Shown: positions 24,788 through 36,753 of the stretch, piece after piece
How positions within the stretch are numbered: position 1 is the first letter of the stretch
How the letters are laid out: every line of letters starts with the position of its first letter
Source: Xylographa opegraphella
Taxonomy: Eukaryota
Assembly: GCA_022813865.1 (NCBI GenBank)
Contig: JALDZX010000018.1
Location: 248,001 to 312,000, forward strand
Length of the DNA: 64,000 nucleotides
Direction of reading: 5' to 3'
The notes under the pieces: generated by a model
Databases searched by the model: none
Told to the model about the DNA's origin: nothing
What the model saw: only the letters and a program-made list of their open reading frames with translations
Translations under genes and position numbers: made by a program

Positions 24788-26101
24788 ATGGCAGCGTGGT
24801 TATCGTCGATCGGGTTTTCGCCCTCCCTCCCAGACCACTGTACACCACAAAACTACTTCCTCACACGCCTCTCCTCCGACTTCCACACCTGCATCCCCAC
24901 GCCTCTCGCTTTCTTCTCGACCCTGCTGGGCAGTCTGAGCATCCTGTCATGGCTGTTCGCCCAGCTCCCTCAGATCTTCAAAAATTACAGCCTCCAGTCC
25001 ACATCGGGGCTCTCGATCTTCTTCTTGATCGAATGGTGCCTGGGAGATGCAACGAACCTCTTCGGCGCGTTGTTGACAAATCAGGCAACGTGGCAGGTCG
25101 TTGTCGCTGGGTATTACGTCTTCGTTGACGTGGTGCTCGTCTTGCAGTACATATGGTACACGCACTTCAAGCCATGGCGGGAAGAGCACAAATCGGCGCA
25201 AGGCGGTCGACCGAGATGGGGTTCGGCTAGACGGAGACCCCCGGTCATCGATGGCGTCTCCAGTTCCGGCGAAGCGTCCAGCCGACCCTCCTCCTCAAAC
25301 GACCCCAACCGTGACGACAAAGCCTCCAGCAACCCGCTCCCGGCCCCCTTCAACGCCTTCCGCTTCCCGGCCTCCTTCTCCCCCCGCGAAAAAGGCACCC
25401 CCAGCTCCTCCCACCCCACGATCCACCGCCTCCAGCACACCACGCCCTCTCCCGCACCCTCACCCAAAACGCTCCTCCTCATCTCCATACTCTGCGCCGT
25501 CCTCAGCACCGCCTCCCCCCTACCCGCCCCATTCCCCACAACGCACGCCCACCCCGCCGAAACCCCCACCGCCACCCTCGGCCGCCTCCTCTCCTGGACC
25601 TCCACCCTCCTTTACCTCGGCTCGCGGCTCCCGCAGCTATACAAGAACCACCGACGACGCTCAACCACAGGCCTCTCCCCTTCTCTCTTCGTCGCCGCCT
25701 TCTTCGGCAACCTCTTCTACGCCTGCTCCCTGCTCGCCAACCCCCTCGCCTGGGCCTCCTACCCGCCCTTCGGCCTGCACGGCTGGGTCGGCCCCGCCGG
25801 CAGCGACCGCGCCACCTGGCGCGCGCTCGCGGCTCCCTTCTGGCTCGGCGCCGCGGGCGTGCTTGCTCTCGACGCCGCCATGGGCGCGCAGTTCTTGGCA
25901 TTTGGCGAGAGGGAGGCGGTCGTGCGTGTGAGGGATCGGAGGGGGGCGAGTCATTGGCGGAGGGTCAGTGGTTGGATGAGGGGGTGGGTGCCGAGTGTGC
26001 AGGCTGGGGGGGAGGGCGTTGTCGTTGTGCAGGAGAGGAGGGGCTTGTTGCAGTCGGAGGGGGCGGGGAGGGCGGGAGAGGGGTATGGGGGTTGTGGGTG
26101 A
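24788..26101 (+). CDS. PQ-loop vacuolar cationic amino acid transporter (Ypq1/Rtc2-like)
   Basis: Two PQ loops (WLFAQLPQIFKNY, YLGSRLPQLYKNH) and a C-terminal ERRGLL dileucine signal. Confidence 0.9.
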   Translation: MAAWLSSIGFSPSLPDHCTPQNYFLTRLSSDFHTCIPTPLAFFSTLLGSLSILSWLFAQLPQIFKNYSLQSTSGLSIFFLIEWCLGDATNLFGALLTNQATWQVVVAGYYVFVDVVLVLQYIWYTHFKPWREEHKSAQGGRPRWGSARRRPPVIDGVSSSGEASSRPSSSNDPNRDDKASSNPLPAPFNAFRFPASFSPREKGTPSSSHPTIHRLQHTTPSPAPSPKTLLLISILCAVLSTASPLPAPFPTTHAHPAETPTATLGRLLSWTSTLLYLGSRLPQLYKNHRRRSTTGLSPSLFVAAFFGNLFYACSLLANPLAWASYPPFGLHGWVGPAGSDRATWRALAAPFWLGAAGVLALDAAMGAQFLAFGEREAVVRVRDRRGASHWRRVSGWMRGWVPSVQAGGEGVVVVQERRGLLQSEGAGRAGEGYGGCG

Positions 26102-26909
26102 TGGGGTGGGGCGGGGAGGGTGATGGGGTGGTGGGTTGGATTTGTGTACTGAGTTGGGCATTTTGGAGGGGAGACTGGGTGCGCTGTGGGTTGAGTGGAC
26201 TGGTATTTGGAGTATGGAGTGATGGCATTCGAGGCATTGGTTGGTGGGTTTGGTGATAGCATCATTGCATGGTGAGGCATTGCATCACGAAGGTTGCCGT
26301 TTCGCAAGATTATACACAAGACTGCAGTCAATAGCACTAGGAATGTAGTAACGCTTCGCATGTAAAGTTTTTCCATTGGGTATGAATTACTAAGTTATCT
26401 TTACTGCATTTCGGGAAGCTGTATCCGAGGTCTCGCAACCTCATTTTGACTAAGGATTCGCAACCAATGGTCTCATTTCTGTACCAATACATTCGCGTGC
26501 AGATCCTGACAAGAGCGTGTACCATTGACTCCGGGACTGAAGAGCGAACTGGACATCTAGCCCGACGATGCCGAGCTCAGATACGCCTTCACAGCTAGTC
26601 ACACCGGTCTTGTCAACCACGTCCTCATACAAAGTATTGGAAGCTTCACGGCGTCTCTGCCCTTCTGTTTTTGCTCGTTGGTAACTTCCGTACAGGGTTC
26701 TCAGGGATGCGGATCTGGATTGTACGAATGCTCGCTTCGAATTCGAGCAGCTCTCAACGGCTGTGTATTTTGGTGAGATCTATCCTCTTCCAGGCCTGAT
26801 AATAATCGTGGAGCTCGCATTTTTGAACCAAGTACCTGCTCTGGACGTGGAAACCCCAGAGCCGCTGTCTCGGTGACCGAGCTCGGTAGAAACCTCCTGA
26901 GCATAAGAA

Positions 26910-28515
26910 CTACGAGCTGTGCTTCTGTAATAATTTTGGCTTCCCACCCAGGAAAACATAAGACAGAACCGACACGACAAGGCACATAGCCGCAACCACT
27001 GCATTCATATTGCCGTAGCCGATGGAATCACGCAGAGAACCTGCAAGTAACGGTCCGAGGGTCAAGCCAGCGCTGAATACCTGTGAGATGTGTTAGACAT
27101 TTTGAGAATTAAGCACGAATACCAGAAGTTATACCATGGAATTGATAGCGTAAAGCTGTGCATACGGGCCCTCCCCACCAAAGAACTCCTTATTGTTTTT
27201 AAAGTATCCCTCGCAAACATATGACGCCTCGACAATAGATGGCGAACCGATCGCAGCGAGACCCACGCCATTCAGCGCAACGACAACACAAAATACCACA
27301 ATTTGCTTCGTTCCGCCCGCTTGTGGTAGCCGGAGGAGAATCAGAGCAGGAACTTGCCACGCGAAGCCTAGCACAGCCGCCGGCTTAGGGCCATACTTGT
27401 CGACGAGCTTTCCAGCAATAGGACCACCGATGAGGTAGGGCACCACGAGGGGCGCAAAGAGTAAGCCAGCCTTGAGGGGGTCGAAGCCGAATAGCGATTT
27501 AGCTTCTGTGGGGATGGTGGCGTCGAAGGTGGAGAGTAGAGTGGCTTGCATGAAGGCGACGAGTTGGGCGACGATAAGCCGCGAATTGGAGAGACAATAG
27601 AGAATAGGGAGATTGCGAACCCAGTTTGGGGGTTCAGACGTGATTTTCCATTCGCTTTCTTGTTTGCCATTGCCGATGAGAGGGTCTTCCTCGTTAGGCT
27701 CGTGGTCTTGGGATTCTTCGTCTTGCGGTGTGCCTGAGTCGGGAGCTGAAGTATCATCTGCAAGGTCGACCTTGTACTTCTTCGCAGTCTTCTTCTCGAT
27801 GATCAAGAAGCGCATGATAAAGTCGATGCCTAAAAGCGTGTATGCGATGGAGAATACAGCACCATAGCCAGCTTTTTCATAAAGTATTCCACCAAGGATA
27901 GGTGCTCCTAGTTCTCCGATACTGAACCACGCAGGAAAGTTAGAACAACCGTAGAAACCAGCCGTCGGAAAAGATAGTGAATTTGTACCTGATGAACCCG
28001 AATATACTACCAATTGCCACGCCTAGATTTTCTGCTCCGACTGTATCCAAGAGTAAAGCCAGTCCGATTGTCCAGACCACCGCTGCGCTGACACCCTGTA
28101 GAATCCGTGCAACAACGAGCACGACGATGGTTTGTCCCAAGTGAAGCATTACGGTGGCCGAAAGAAGTGCTACGAGGCCGAGCAAGAATGGCAATTGGCG
28201 TGCAGAGAGCCTGTCGGCAATGATACCGGCCGGTGGGGAGGAAATTACTGAGGCACCTGCATAGGCGGCTAGAAGGGCGGAGGTATAACTTTGAATCTTG
28301 CTGGAGGGCACACTGACACGGTCTTCGAGGATGAAAGGGAGGATTGGCACAATCAAGCCATATAAGAAGAGATCCTGCAGGCAATTAGAAGTGGTGGTTA
28401 CGTTATTAATCAGTGTGTGGATGCTCACTGTAAAAAGACCTATTCCGACAGTGCTGATGATGAATTTTGTCGACGACCTGAATTTCAGGAACATCGGGGG
28501 CTTTGAGGCACTCAT
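26910..28515 (-). CDS. MFS transporter, vesicular amine transporter (SLC18)-like fungal family
   Basis: KFRSSTKFIISTVGIGLFT|DLFLYGLIVPILPFIL, ARILQGVSAAVVW, GPYAQLYAINSM|VFSAGLTLGP. Three introns; stop at 26910. Confidence 0.88.
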
Positions 28516-28617
28516 CGTATTGAGACAACAATCAAAACACGAGACAATTGTAAGTATGAGAAGCCTCAATGTCTGCTAATACTTTCTGTGGTGAAATCCC
28601 GATGATTTTCACATGCT

Positions 28618-28625
28618 TGACGTCA
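28618..28625. promoter_or_regulatory. CRE/Atf1-type palindrome TGACGTCA upstream of the MFS gene
   Basis: Exact 8-mer about 100 bp upstream of ATG 28515. Confidence 0.35.
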
Positions 28626-28749
28626 TGCGCGTGAGATCGAAGCATCATTCGCTGACAGGGATCTTGACGATCTTCGGTCAATAGTCAAGCCGAGTACATT
28701 CACTCAGCCAATCAGGTGCAGACCGTGACATCCCAGCTTCCATGCAAAC

Positions 28750-28778
28750 AAAAACATACAAAAACATACAAAACATAC
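28750..28778 (+). repeat. AAAAACATAC x3 tandem repeat
   Basis: Directly visible. Confidence 0.85.
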
Positions 28779-29084
28779 CTACACTGCCGTGTGTGAAGAA
28801 AATTCCTTAAGCATACCGGCTGCTCTATTCTGGCTGGAATTGACAAAACCGGGCATCGGCTCGACATTGTAGCAAATGAAGCATATGAACAAAGGCGTTG
28901 GGTACCGAGAAACCGACGATGCTTTGAACTAGTTGTAGAACATGGTCTCATCTTGGATGGGTAAACATGACTTACAAAAATACCATGTATCGCGATATGA
29001 TTTTGGGACTCTCTGAACTCCTCACTGCCGACACTCCGCCTCCAGGAGCTTTCAGTCAAACTTCCCAGGATATTCGTTCACAAA

Positions 29085-29720
29085 AATCAGTTGAGATAGA
29101 CCGTCCTGAATATAGCAGACACAAAAGCAAAATAGTCATTATTACGCAAGGCGCTGATAATTTTGGGACTTTACCTATGAATTTGACAGCACCACCGAAC
29201 ACAATCCGGAGTATGAACGTCGGGAATAGTGCCTGATTCTGCTGACCATAGAGCTGTGGCTGTGCCAGGGCCATGGACTCGATATTACTTCCGACGGAGA
29301 CCTTGTCGAGCGTTGTTTCGACGTCTTACTGACTCGGAATACCTTGTAACGACAAAGCACCACATTATCTCTTTGGGACTTGATTACTTTCTTTTTCCTC
29401 TGACTTTTCATATTACCACATAAATCTCTTTTGCCCCGGAGATCATGGAGGGGTTTGGTAACTAAGTTGGCGTTTCGACGTCGAGTTCCAGGCCTACGAC
29501 CCTGGGGCACGGCACATGTGTGTACTGGAACTTGTTGCAGATAGGAACACATGATTTCTGACAAGAAAATCATCTTCATCTCCACACAATTCATAAAGCG
29601 CAGTAAAGTCGGTAGAGAAGTGGACAGAATAATCACATGTGTTCCGACTGAAGCTACCGTGCAATAAATGTTCCTGCTGCATGGCGCAGGTTTCTATACT
29701 GACGGCGTGCGGTTCGAGCC
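29085..29720 (+). pseudogene. Possible heavily decayed short-chain dehydrogenase relic
   Basis: HKSKIVIITQGADNFG resembles the SDR KVVIITGGAxGIG motif. Downstream DGDLVERCFDV and VTTK/APHYL fragments lie in shifting frames with stops. Confidence 0.3.
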
Positions 29721-30481
29721 AATCTGTCTCCTCTATTAAGCACTTCGATATCTATGTGAGTATGGACTCGGAACAGCAAGACCCAAGTGTGGGACCACTT
29801 CGAAGAGAACCCAGATAAGATAATTGTGCACTTGTGTCAATGCCATTTCTCCACGAAGGACAACGAGGATTCGAACACCTTAAGTCACGTTTTGCAAAAG
29901 CTGCAGTAGTGATATTTCAGTATATTCCTCACATGGTCTGTGGTTCTGACCATTAGCAAGAAGGACACGATCAAGAACAAAAAAGGTCCCCTCCGCATTG
30001 ACAGTTCTTCGTCTTGAAGAACGCTAAGCCTTGATCGCGATAGCTGTATCGATGTCCAACGTCAGGCCGTATTGATCGTAGTCCAATCACTAACGCCAAC
30101 CTTAAGTTTTAAAGTGTCCAACTTCGTTATGTGCTTCTTTTTCACAGCCTTCCGTACTCCGGACTCCATGGATAAGCTCATGGATTGCCCCAACTTTGAT
30201 GACCAGAAGGTAGTGTTCTCACAAACAGAACCCTTCATTGCCAGTGTGAAGAAAGCCATGCTAGCTAGCACTAACAAAAGCGTCTCATTTCCCGTGACTT
30301 ACGTGTTGTGCAATTCCTTATAAGCTCGAAACGCACCCCTATCATTCACCGGATCTGTCTAGTCAACGAACACACGCGACTTACTGTATCATGTCATCGG
30401 ATGGATTTCTTAAGTCCCAAAAGCTTGCTTCTTTCAAATGTCAACGCTGCTCTATTTGCTCCTCCCCAAAAGTTGCCTGTC

Positions 30482-31644
30482 ATGTCTGCATCGATTGATA
30501 TATGGGAGCGGATGGAAGTGCTGCATCTCATAGTGTACGATACTGTGGAAGCATACTTACAGCAAGTTCCTGGTAACACAGCCGCAGAGGTTGCCCTCAA
30601 GATTGATGCTTTGTTGCCGACGAACTGCGTTGGGGAAGGAGAGAAGGATTTGCCGGCACTCTTCATCATAAGCGTGTGGCGGGTCATTGTAACGATGACC
30701 ATGAAGTTCTCTCACGGCCATGTCTACCAGGAAAAACTGTTCGAGCTGATCGTCGCTATTCGCCATCTGCCAGTCGATATCATCAAGATCCGTTCGGTTG
30801 AAGTCAGGCTGTGGGAAGATATGCCATTCCTCTCACATAATCTGAATTTTGAATACGATAGTCAGTAGTGGTCCCATTGATCACAACTTACCACCTATAT
30901 TCGAGTTTCTAGATAGCTTACAGCGTTGCAGAATTCGATCCGATGATCATTCCCTTTACTGCTGAGCAGCGGGAATGGCACAGTCTCAGCGCCTTGGCAG
31001 CACGCCTGACAAGTCACGACATTCTAAACTATACGCCAGATGCCCTCCATGCTCTACGCGCCGCCTTGGAATACAAGCCAGCTGCCCAGGCCCGTCCTAG
31101 TGAGTACGTGCTGTACACCAGGCTCCTGGAGTGCCAAGTCCCAGTGGCCTCCACGTGGATCATGGAATGTGGCTCGATCATATACACCTGCAAGGAGGAG
31201 TACAAGAACCACGCGAGCAAAGGCTGTTGTCTCTGGAACGGCCCGGAAGGCTTCTCCTACGAGCGCTGGCACCTGTGGGAGCAGCGTTTCCACGACATTG
31301 GCCATGACAGGTGGGGAAGCGAGGAGATGCGACGGATCGCTCGCATTACGGCGGAGGTAATGAGGCTGGTTGAGATTGAAGTGCTGACTGAAGTGGGGAA
31401 GATTTTGGGTATGGATGGGTCGGATGATGGGTCGGAGGAAGGGTCGGAGGACGAAGCGGAGCAGGAATCGGAGTTCGACTCGGACGAAGACTACGCCTTC
31501 GACTTCGACTTCGACTTCGATTCAGCCGTAGTCTACGTGTTCGACTTCGACATCGACTCGGGATCCGATTCGGAGGACGGGTCGGGTGGCGATTCGGACG
31601 ATGCGCTGGAAATGGTGGCCTACCGGGGTGGTTCGCACGCTTAA
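30482..31644 (+). CDS. DUF3632-family protein with acidic C-terminal tail
   Basis: QEKLFELIVAIRHLP, LWEDMPFL, WHSLSALAARL, ALRAALE, LWNGPEGFSYERWHLWEQRF. Intron 30861-30931; TTCGAC repeats give DFDFDFD. Confidence 0.8.
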
Positions 31645-32129
31645 GGTGATCCCATCTTGCAGTCCCGGGTCGCACAAACTCCAGCATCCTGCTCGCGGGC
31701 CCGACTGCTCTTTTCGGATCGACACTGATAGCTCCACCTCCCCACTGACTGGCAATCGAATCTCCACTCTCACACAGCATTAGGCTTTCTTCGGGTTCAC
31801 AGGCAATCGAGAAGTCGCTGACCAACGTCTCTCATGTGTGCGTGCCTTGACTGCTTGACAGTGAATTGGAGGTGGCTATACTTTTCCCTTGACCTGTATT
31901 CCAGTCTCCACTCTCACCCAATGTTGAACTTGCTTCAAGCCCACAACCAATCGGTAAACACTGAACACTGCCTCTCCTCCTACGTGGGTACCCTGAGCAC
32001 TTCACCACCCACCATGATCCCGAGCTTACCCCCCAATTCGTAAGAGACTCCACGTCTCTCTCCAACAAAACTTAAGCCATCCCAACATCCCCGAACCTGC
32101 CCGAACACACCCTTCTCCCTCCATAACCG

Positions 32130-32519
32130 GTGAACGTCCCAATGGAGAACATTTCCCAACTCCCCATCCCCTTTCCTCCCCCGCCCTTTTCCCCTAGGCC
32201 CAGCCGTGCCCACCACCTTCCATCACATAGCCCCGTCCTCTGCAGCGAGTCCTCCGAGGCAAGACCACCCGCTCTTTCACCCACCCACCCAAGAACCACA
32301 TACCCTCCTTTCCCTTCTGCAGAGTATCTCCCTGAGATCCCACCACCGGCCCCAATGCCGGCAGTGCACGTGCACCCTTCAACACCCTTCAACACCTTTC
32401 AACCCCCTCCAACACCCTCCAAGCCGAAAAGCACAAGTGTAAACCTCGATCGCTACACTCCACGGCGCAGTGGATCGACCTTTTGGTTACAAAGAGCACG
32501 CTGGATAAGGCGTCAATGA
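32130..32519 (+). CDS. Doubtful proline-rich hypothetical ORF
   Basis: 129-codon ORF in a C-rich tract with no recognisable domain; may be compositional. Confidence 0.2.
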   Translation: MNVPMENISQLPIPFPPPPFSPRPSRAHHLPSHSPVLCSESSEARPPALSPTHPRTTYPPFPSAEYLPEIPPPAPMPAVHVHPSTPFNTFQPPPTPSKPKSTSVNLDRYTPRRSGSTFWLQRARWIRRQ

Positions 32520-32932
32520 GGCCCGGGATAGGATAGATTGAAATAACCGGGGTGGAAGATAGTTGGCAGAAATAAAATAATAGGGATAGAATATCAGGCA
32601 GTGGAGCGTGCATTCGAGAATGGGAGGGTCGCAGCGTCAGTATTGGCGTTGGCGCGAAGTAGGGGAAATTGGGGGCTTGAAAGAAGTCCGGGTTTGTGTG
32701 GCGATCAAGGATGACTGTGTAGCCAGAGCAGTGGGATTCGGACCCAGAAGCGGAGCAATGACATAGAAGAAAGGACACGGGGAAGTTTCACGAGCAATGG
32801 AATACTAAAGCTGGCACAACGCTTGAGAGTAGCTGGGTAGTTCTTCGACCTACATTCTGAGAGAATCGCATTTTCAGATTGAATGACTCCAAATCCTACT
32901 CCAGACATCCCATGTACAATTTTCAGAACTCC

Positions 32933-33944
32933 TCATACCGGGTCCTGCACTTCCTCCGTCGCCGCTCTGCTGTAGCCCTGACCCTTATAAGGAGGCCTAC
33001 CCTTCGTCAGGTCTGACTTTGCGGATGGGTGACCCCTTTCGAGGCGCAGCCCTCACCTCGCCATGTTCTTCGCAGTTACGATTGCGGCGCTTCCAACGGT
33101 ATAGGCGCCCAACAAGGTCCTCCAGCTCCCGCTCTGCCCAACTGTCAGAGCGAGCAGATCGTAGACCATGCATCCACCGAAGATCCAGTCGCTCGCAGCG
33201 CTCAAGCCTGCGAATCCCAAGCCGGTGATGACCTTCACGGCGGTGGAGGGTTCTTCGCCGACGAAGAATCCTGCGGAAGTGTTGTGCAGGAAATCAAGCA
33301 CACCGATTCCACCAAACGTCTTGGCGACGATATGAGTGAGGACGGATGAGGTGGAGCTGGTGTTCATGGGTGGGAGAAGGCCAAAGATGTAGTAGAGCTG
33401 GGTAAAGGAGTTGATGGTCACGAAGACATTCGAGGCCTTGAGTTGGGAGGAGTTCCAGAAAATCATCCATGCTGTGTAAAGTAAGTACAATGGACTTGGC
33501 CTCCGCAGGTTATATACTTACTTGCAATGCAAAGGTTGCCGATCGCGTAGTAGGGCACGTAGTGTGTGATGGTATCGAGCTCGGCACGCTCTGACTGCTT
33601 GCTTGGATCAAGCTTCCAGAGGCGGTAGAGCCAAGCGATCTGTAGGATCTGTTGGGGAAAGAAGAAGGCTCCAATGAAGTATGGCTGGAGACGGGTCAGT
33701 ACAAGCTAGGTAGATTGAATGTCTTATGGGACTTGGCTTACCTGTGGGCTCCAAAAAGAGATGTTCGCATCGTTGACATCTTGCATATTCGGGCTGCTGA
33801 ACAAACCATATTGCTGGGCTGCAAAGTCAATAGCAAAGGAGGCAGGCGCCTGATCGAGCTGTCAATATTGCTTGCTAAGGAAGGATCCGGTGTTCGGGTG
33901 AAAGATCTTACCAGCCATTTTGCAGTGGAATAAGAGACACCCAT
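32933..33944 (-). CDS. Conserved fungal multi-pass membrane protein of unknown function
   Basis: Five exons splice in frame: MGVSYSTAKWL|APASFAIDFAAQQYG..FWSPQ|PYFIGAFFFPQQ..GNLCIA|..WMIFWNS..THIVAKTFGGIGVLD..|PPYKGQ.. to stop at 32933. Confidence 0.8.
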
Positions 33945-34813
33945 TGTGATTGATTCGATCTGCTTTCAGGAGTTATGAAGCTGGAATTGAACGCACTGCA
34001 GAGCCACAATGTCTTGTGTGGCACCGAGTGGCCGTGATATGCTGCCTGGAGGACTTCATGTCGTCACCAGTCGGAGTATTGTAAAAGCCGAGCCGAGTGG
34101 CAGCGGGCCGCGTTGGCAGAGAACGGAGACATCACGACTTCCACTCCTGGAATCCGAGCCATATTGGCTGCATACTTTGCCAATGTGTTGTCTGGTCACC
34201 ATCGAATGCGAAGCGCATGAGGTGTTCTTCCCTTCGAGTTCTTGCCACAGATCGCGATAGTTGTACACGGAAGGATTGAGCCGGCGTCCTCCGGTGTTAG
34301 TGCAGCAACTCCGGGGATGATTCCGACTTCCTTATCGATAAGCAACGTCACACATATGATGAGGTCATCGAGTACTTTTTGCGTGTCAACAAACGGAATG
34401 CCGATTGAGCGCGTCGACAGTATCATAGATAGATCAGGGGCTATGCTCTGTTCATGACCCCCGGGACTCCAGTTGTGACGAAAGGCGTTGAAGCAACTGC
34501 AATGCCCTGTATTGATGAATAAACAAGTAGCCAAACATGGCGCCTGATGACCAACGAACAACGAATCTTTGACGCCCTTGGAAGTAGCAGCACAGAATGG
34601 TGCTGCTGGAGGTGAGATGCCGTATCTCCAGCGGATGCTCCGGCAGCTGAGCCCGCTTCCTTCCCTGGACAGCCCACTCGCGTGAAAAGAAAGTGCCCCA
34701 CCATAGCTTTTCATCTGTAAAAGAAAACTTTGCTGGTACAAGAACTTTCTCGCAAGCACATGTCGCAGCAAGTTCTGAGCAATATCATCCCACTCATTAA
34801 ATCATCTCTCAGA

Positions 34814-36210
34814 ATGGCTCCTTCCCTCCCCAAGAGCTACAAGGTAGCCGTCTTCAAGAAAGCAGATGAGCCCCTCACCATTGAGGAGGTCGACCTCAAG
34901 GAGCCAGAGGCCGGCGAGGTCCTGATCAAGGTTGAGGCCTGTGGAGTCTGCCATACCGACGCCGAAGTCAAAAGTGGGCACATGGGAAACTCATTGTGAG
35001 CTAGGAACCATGGAAGGATGTCGGAAATTTACTGATCTCTGAACCTTACAGCCCCATTATTCCAGGTCATGAAGTTATTGGCAAGGTTGTTGCCGTCGGA
35101 CCTGGCGACAAGCCATTGTACAAAATTGGCGATCGCGTTGGCGGTGGCTGGCACGGAGGTCATGATGGTATGCCTCCACGCTGTAGCTCTTCGGATTGAT
35201 CAAGTCACCATGGGCTTCAAAGGTAGTGTGACGAATGGGAAACCTCAAGCTAACCCGCATCAGGCAATTGTATAGCGTGCAAGAAGGGGTTCTTCCAGAT
35301 GTGCGAGAACGCAGCTGTCAACGGAGTCTCTCGAAATGGTGGATGTAAGTAATAAACTCTCACTGTGACAACTAGAGGGTTCGCTCATCTGAACTCAGAC
35401 GCCGAATACTGTACACTCCGAGAGGAAGCAGCAGTACCCATTCCATCCCACGCAGATGCAGCTGCTTACGCACCTCTTCTATGTGCCGGAGTCACTGTTT
35501 TCAACAGTATGCGCCGGTTGCAAGTGCCACCGGGAGAACTTGTGGCCATACAAGGGCTCGGTGGCCTAGGACATCTGGCGATCCAGTATGTGACCTTAAC
35601 CTCTATTTTCAACTTTCACGCTCTAAGTGTTGCAAAGATATGCCCACAAGATGGGATATAAGGTTGTGGCTCTTTCCAGTAGTGGCGCCAAGGAGAAGTT
35701 CGCCCATGAACTCGGTGCGACTGAATACCTTGACGCCAGTAAGGTCGATCATGCCGAAGGTCTACAGAAACTTGGCGGTGCTTCTATGATCGTCGTTACA
35801 GCGCCCAATCCGAAGATCATAGGTGCGTTGGTTCCAGGATTGGGGATCCAGGGCAAGCTTCTTATATTGGCTCGTAAGTTTCACATTACTGTTTCGAGGA
35901 CCAAACTTCTAACGACATGGTAGCTGTTGGCGAGATCCAGGTGAACACTTTGCCTATGGTGGCCAAAGGACTTTCGGTTCACAGCTTCCCCAGCGGACAT
36001 GCGCTCGACAGCGGTAAGTGTTCCCGAAACGATAGAAGAGTACCAGCAAAGTAAAGGACTAACGATCCAATAGAGCAAGCAATTGAGTTCGCGGAACTCA
36101 CTGGCGTCAACTGTATGGTGGAAAGATTCCCCCTTGCAGAAGCCAACAAAGCCTTCGATCATATGATGGGTGGCCATGTCAGATTCCGGAGTGTGCTTGT
36201 AATGGAGTAA
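34814..36210 (+). CDS. Zinc-dependent medium-chain alcohol dehydrogenase
   Basis: CGVCHTD, GHEVIG, structural-Zn cysteines, APLLCAGVTVFNS, Rossmann GLGGLGHLA. Six introns. Confidence 0.93.
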
Positions 36211-36753
36211 GCCCGTGGTTGGAAATACCGTTCGCATGACTCGTATAAATTGCACCTCAAGCTTTTGTGTCCATAATAGTACTCTTTACGTCTATGAATA
36301 TGATGATAATTTTCTGACAGGATGAAGAGCTCCAATGCGGTGAGATGTAGGTCCTAACGAAATTACCCGGCAATGTACTGAGACAATCCGCACAAATGTA
36401 GCGTGCATAAGCAAATTTCTTCAGAACGGTAGCTAGGCGTTCTTTACAACACGGCTTGAATGAGCAGTTACCATAATGGTTGTTGACTCATGAGCCAAGA
36501 GAATGACAGCCATGATGCTTGCAGCTGTACAACTACGTGGCGAGCTGCGACGTAACGCCTCGAGAAATCTGATAATTTTTGTTTGATGTTTCGCAGAGCC
36601 AGTCATTGTTGTATTCACGCGTCCTCTAAGCCTGCAATTACGATAAGAACCCTCTTTTAGCATCTAGCTTTTAGCATCTAGGGGCCTATCCGCGCCCAGG
36701 AACTGCACCTTCGTGCACAAAGCACCCTCAACAACCGGATATCAATCGCAACG

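Noticed and set aside
26280..26900. Coding-like fragments downstream of the MFS gene
   Set aside because: No coherent frame or recognisable family.
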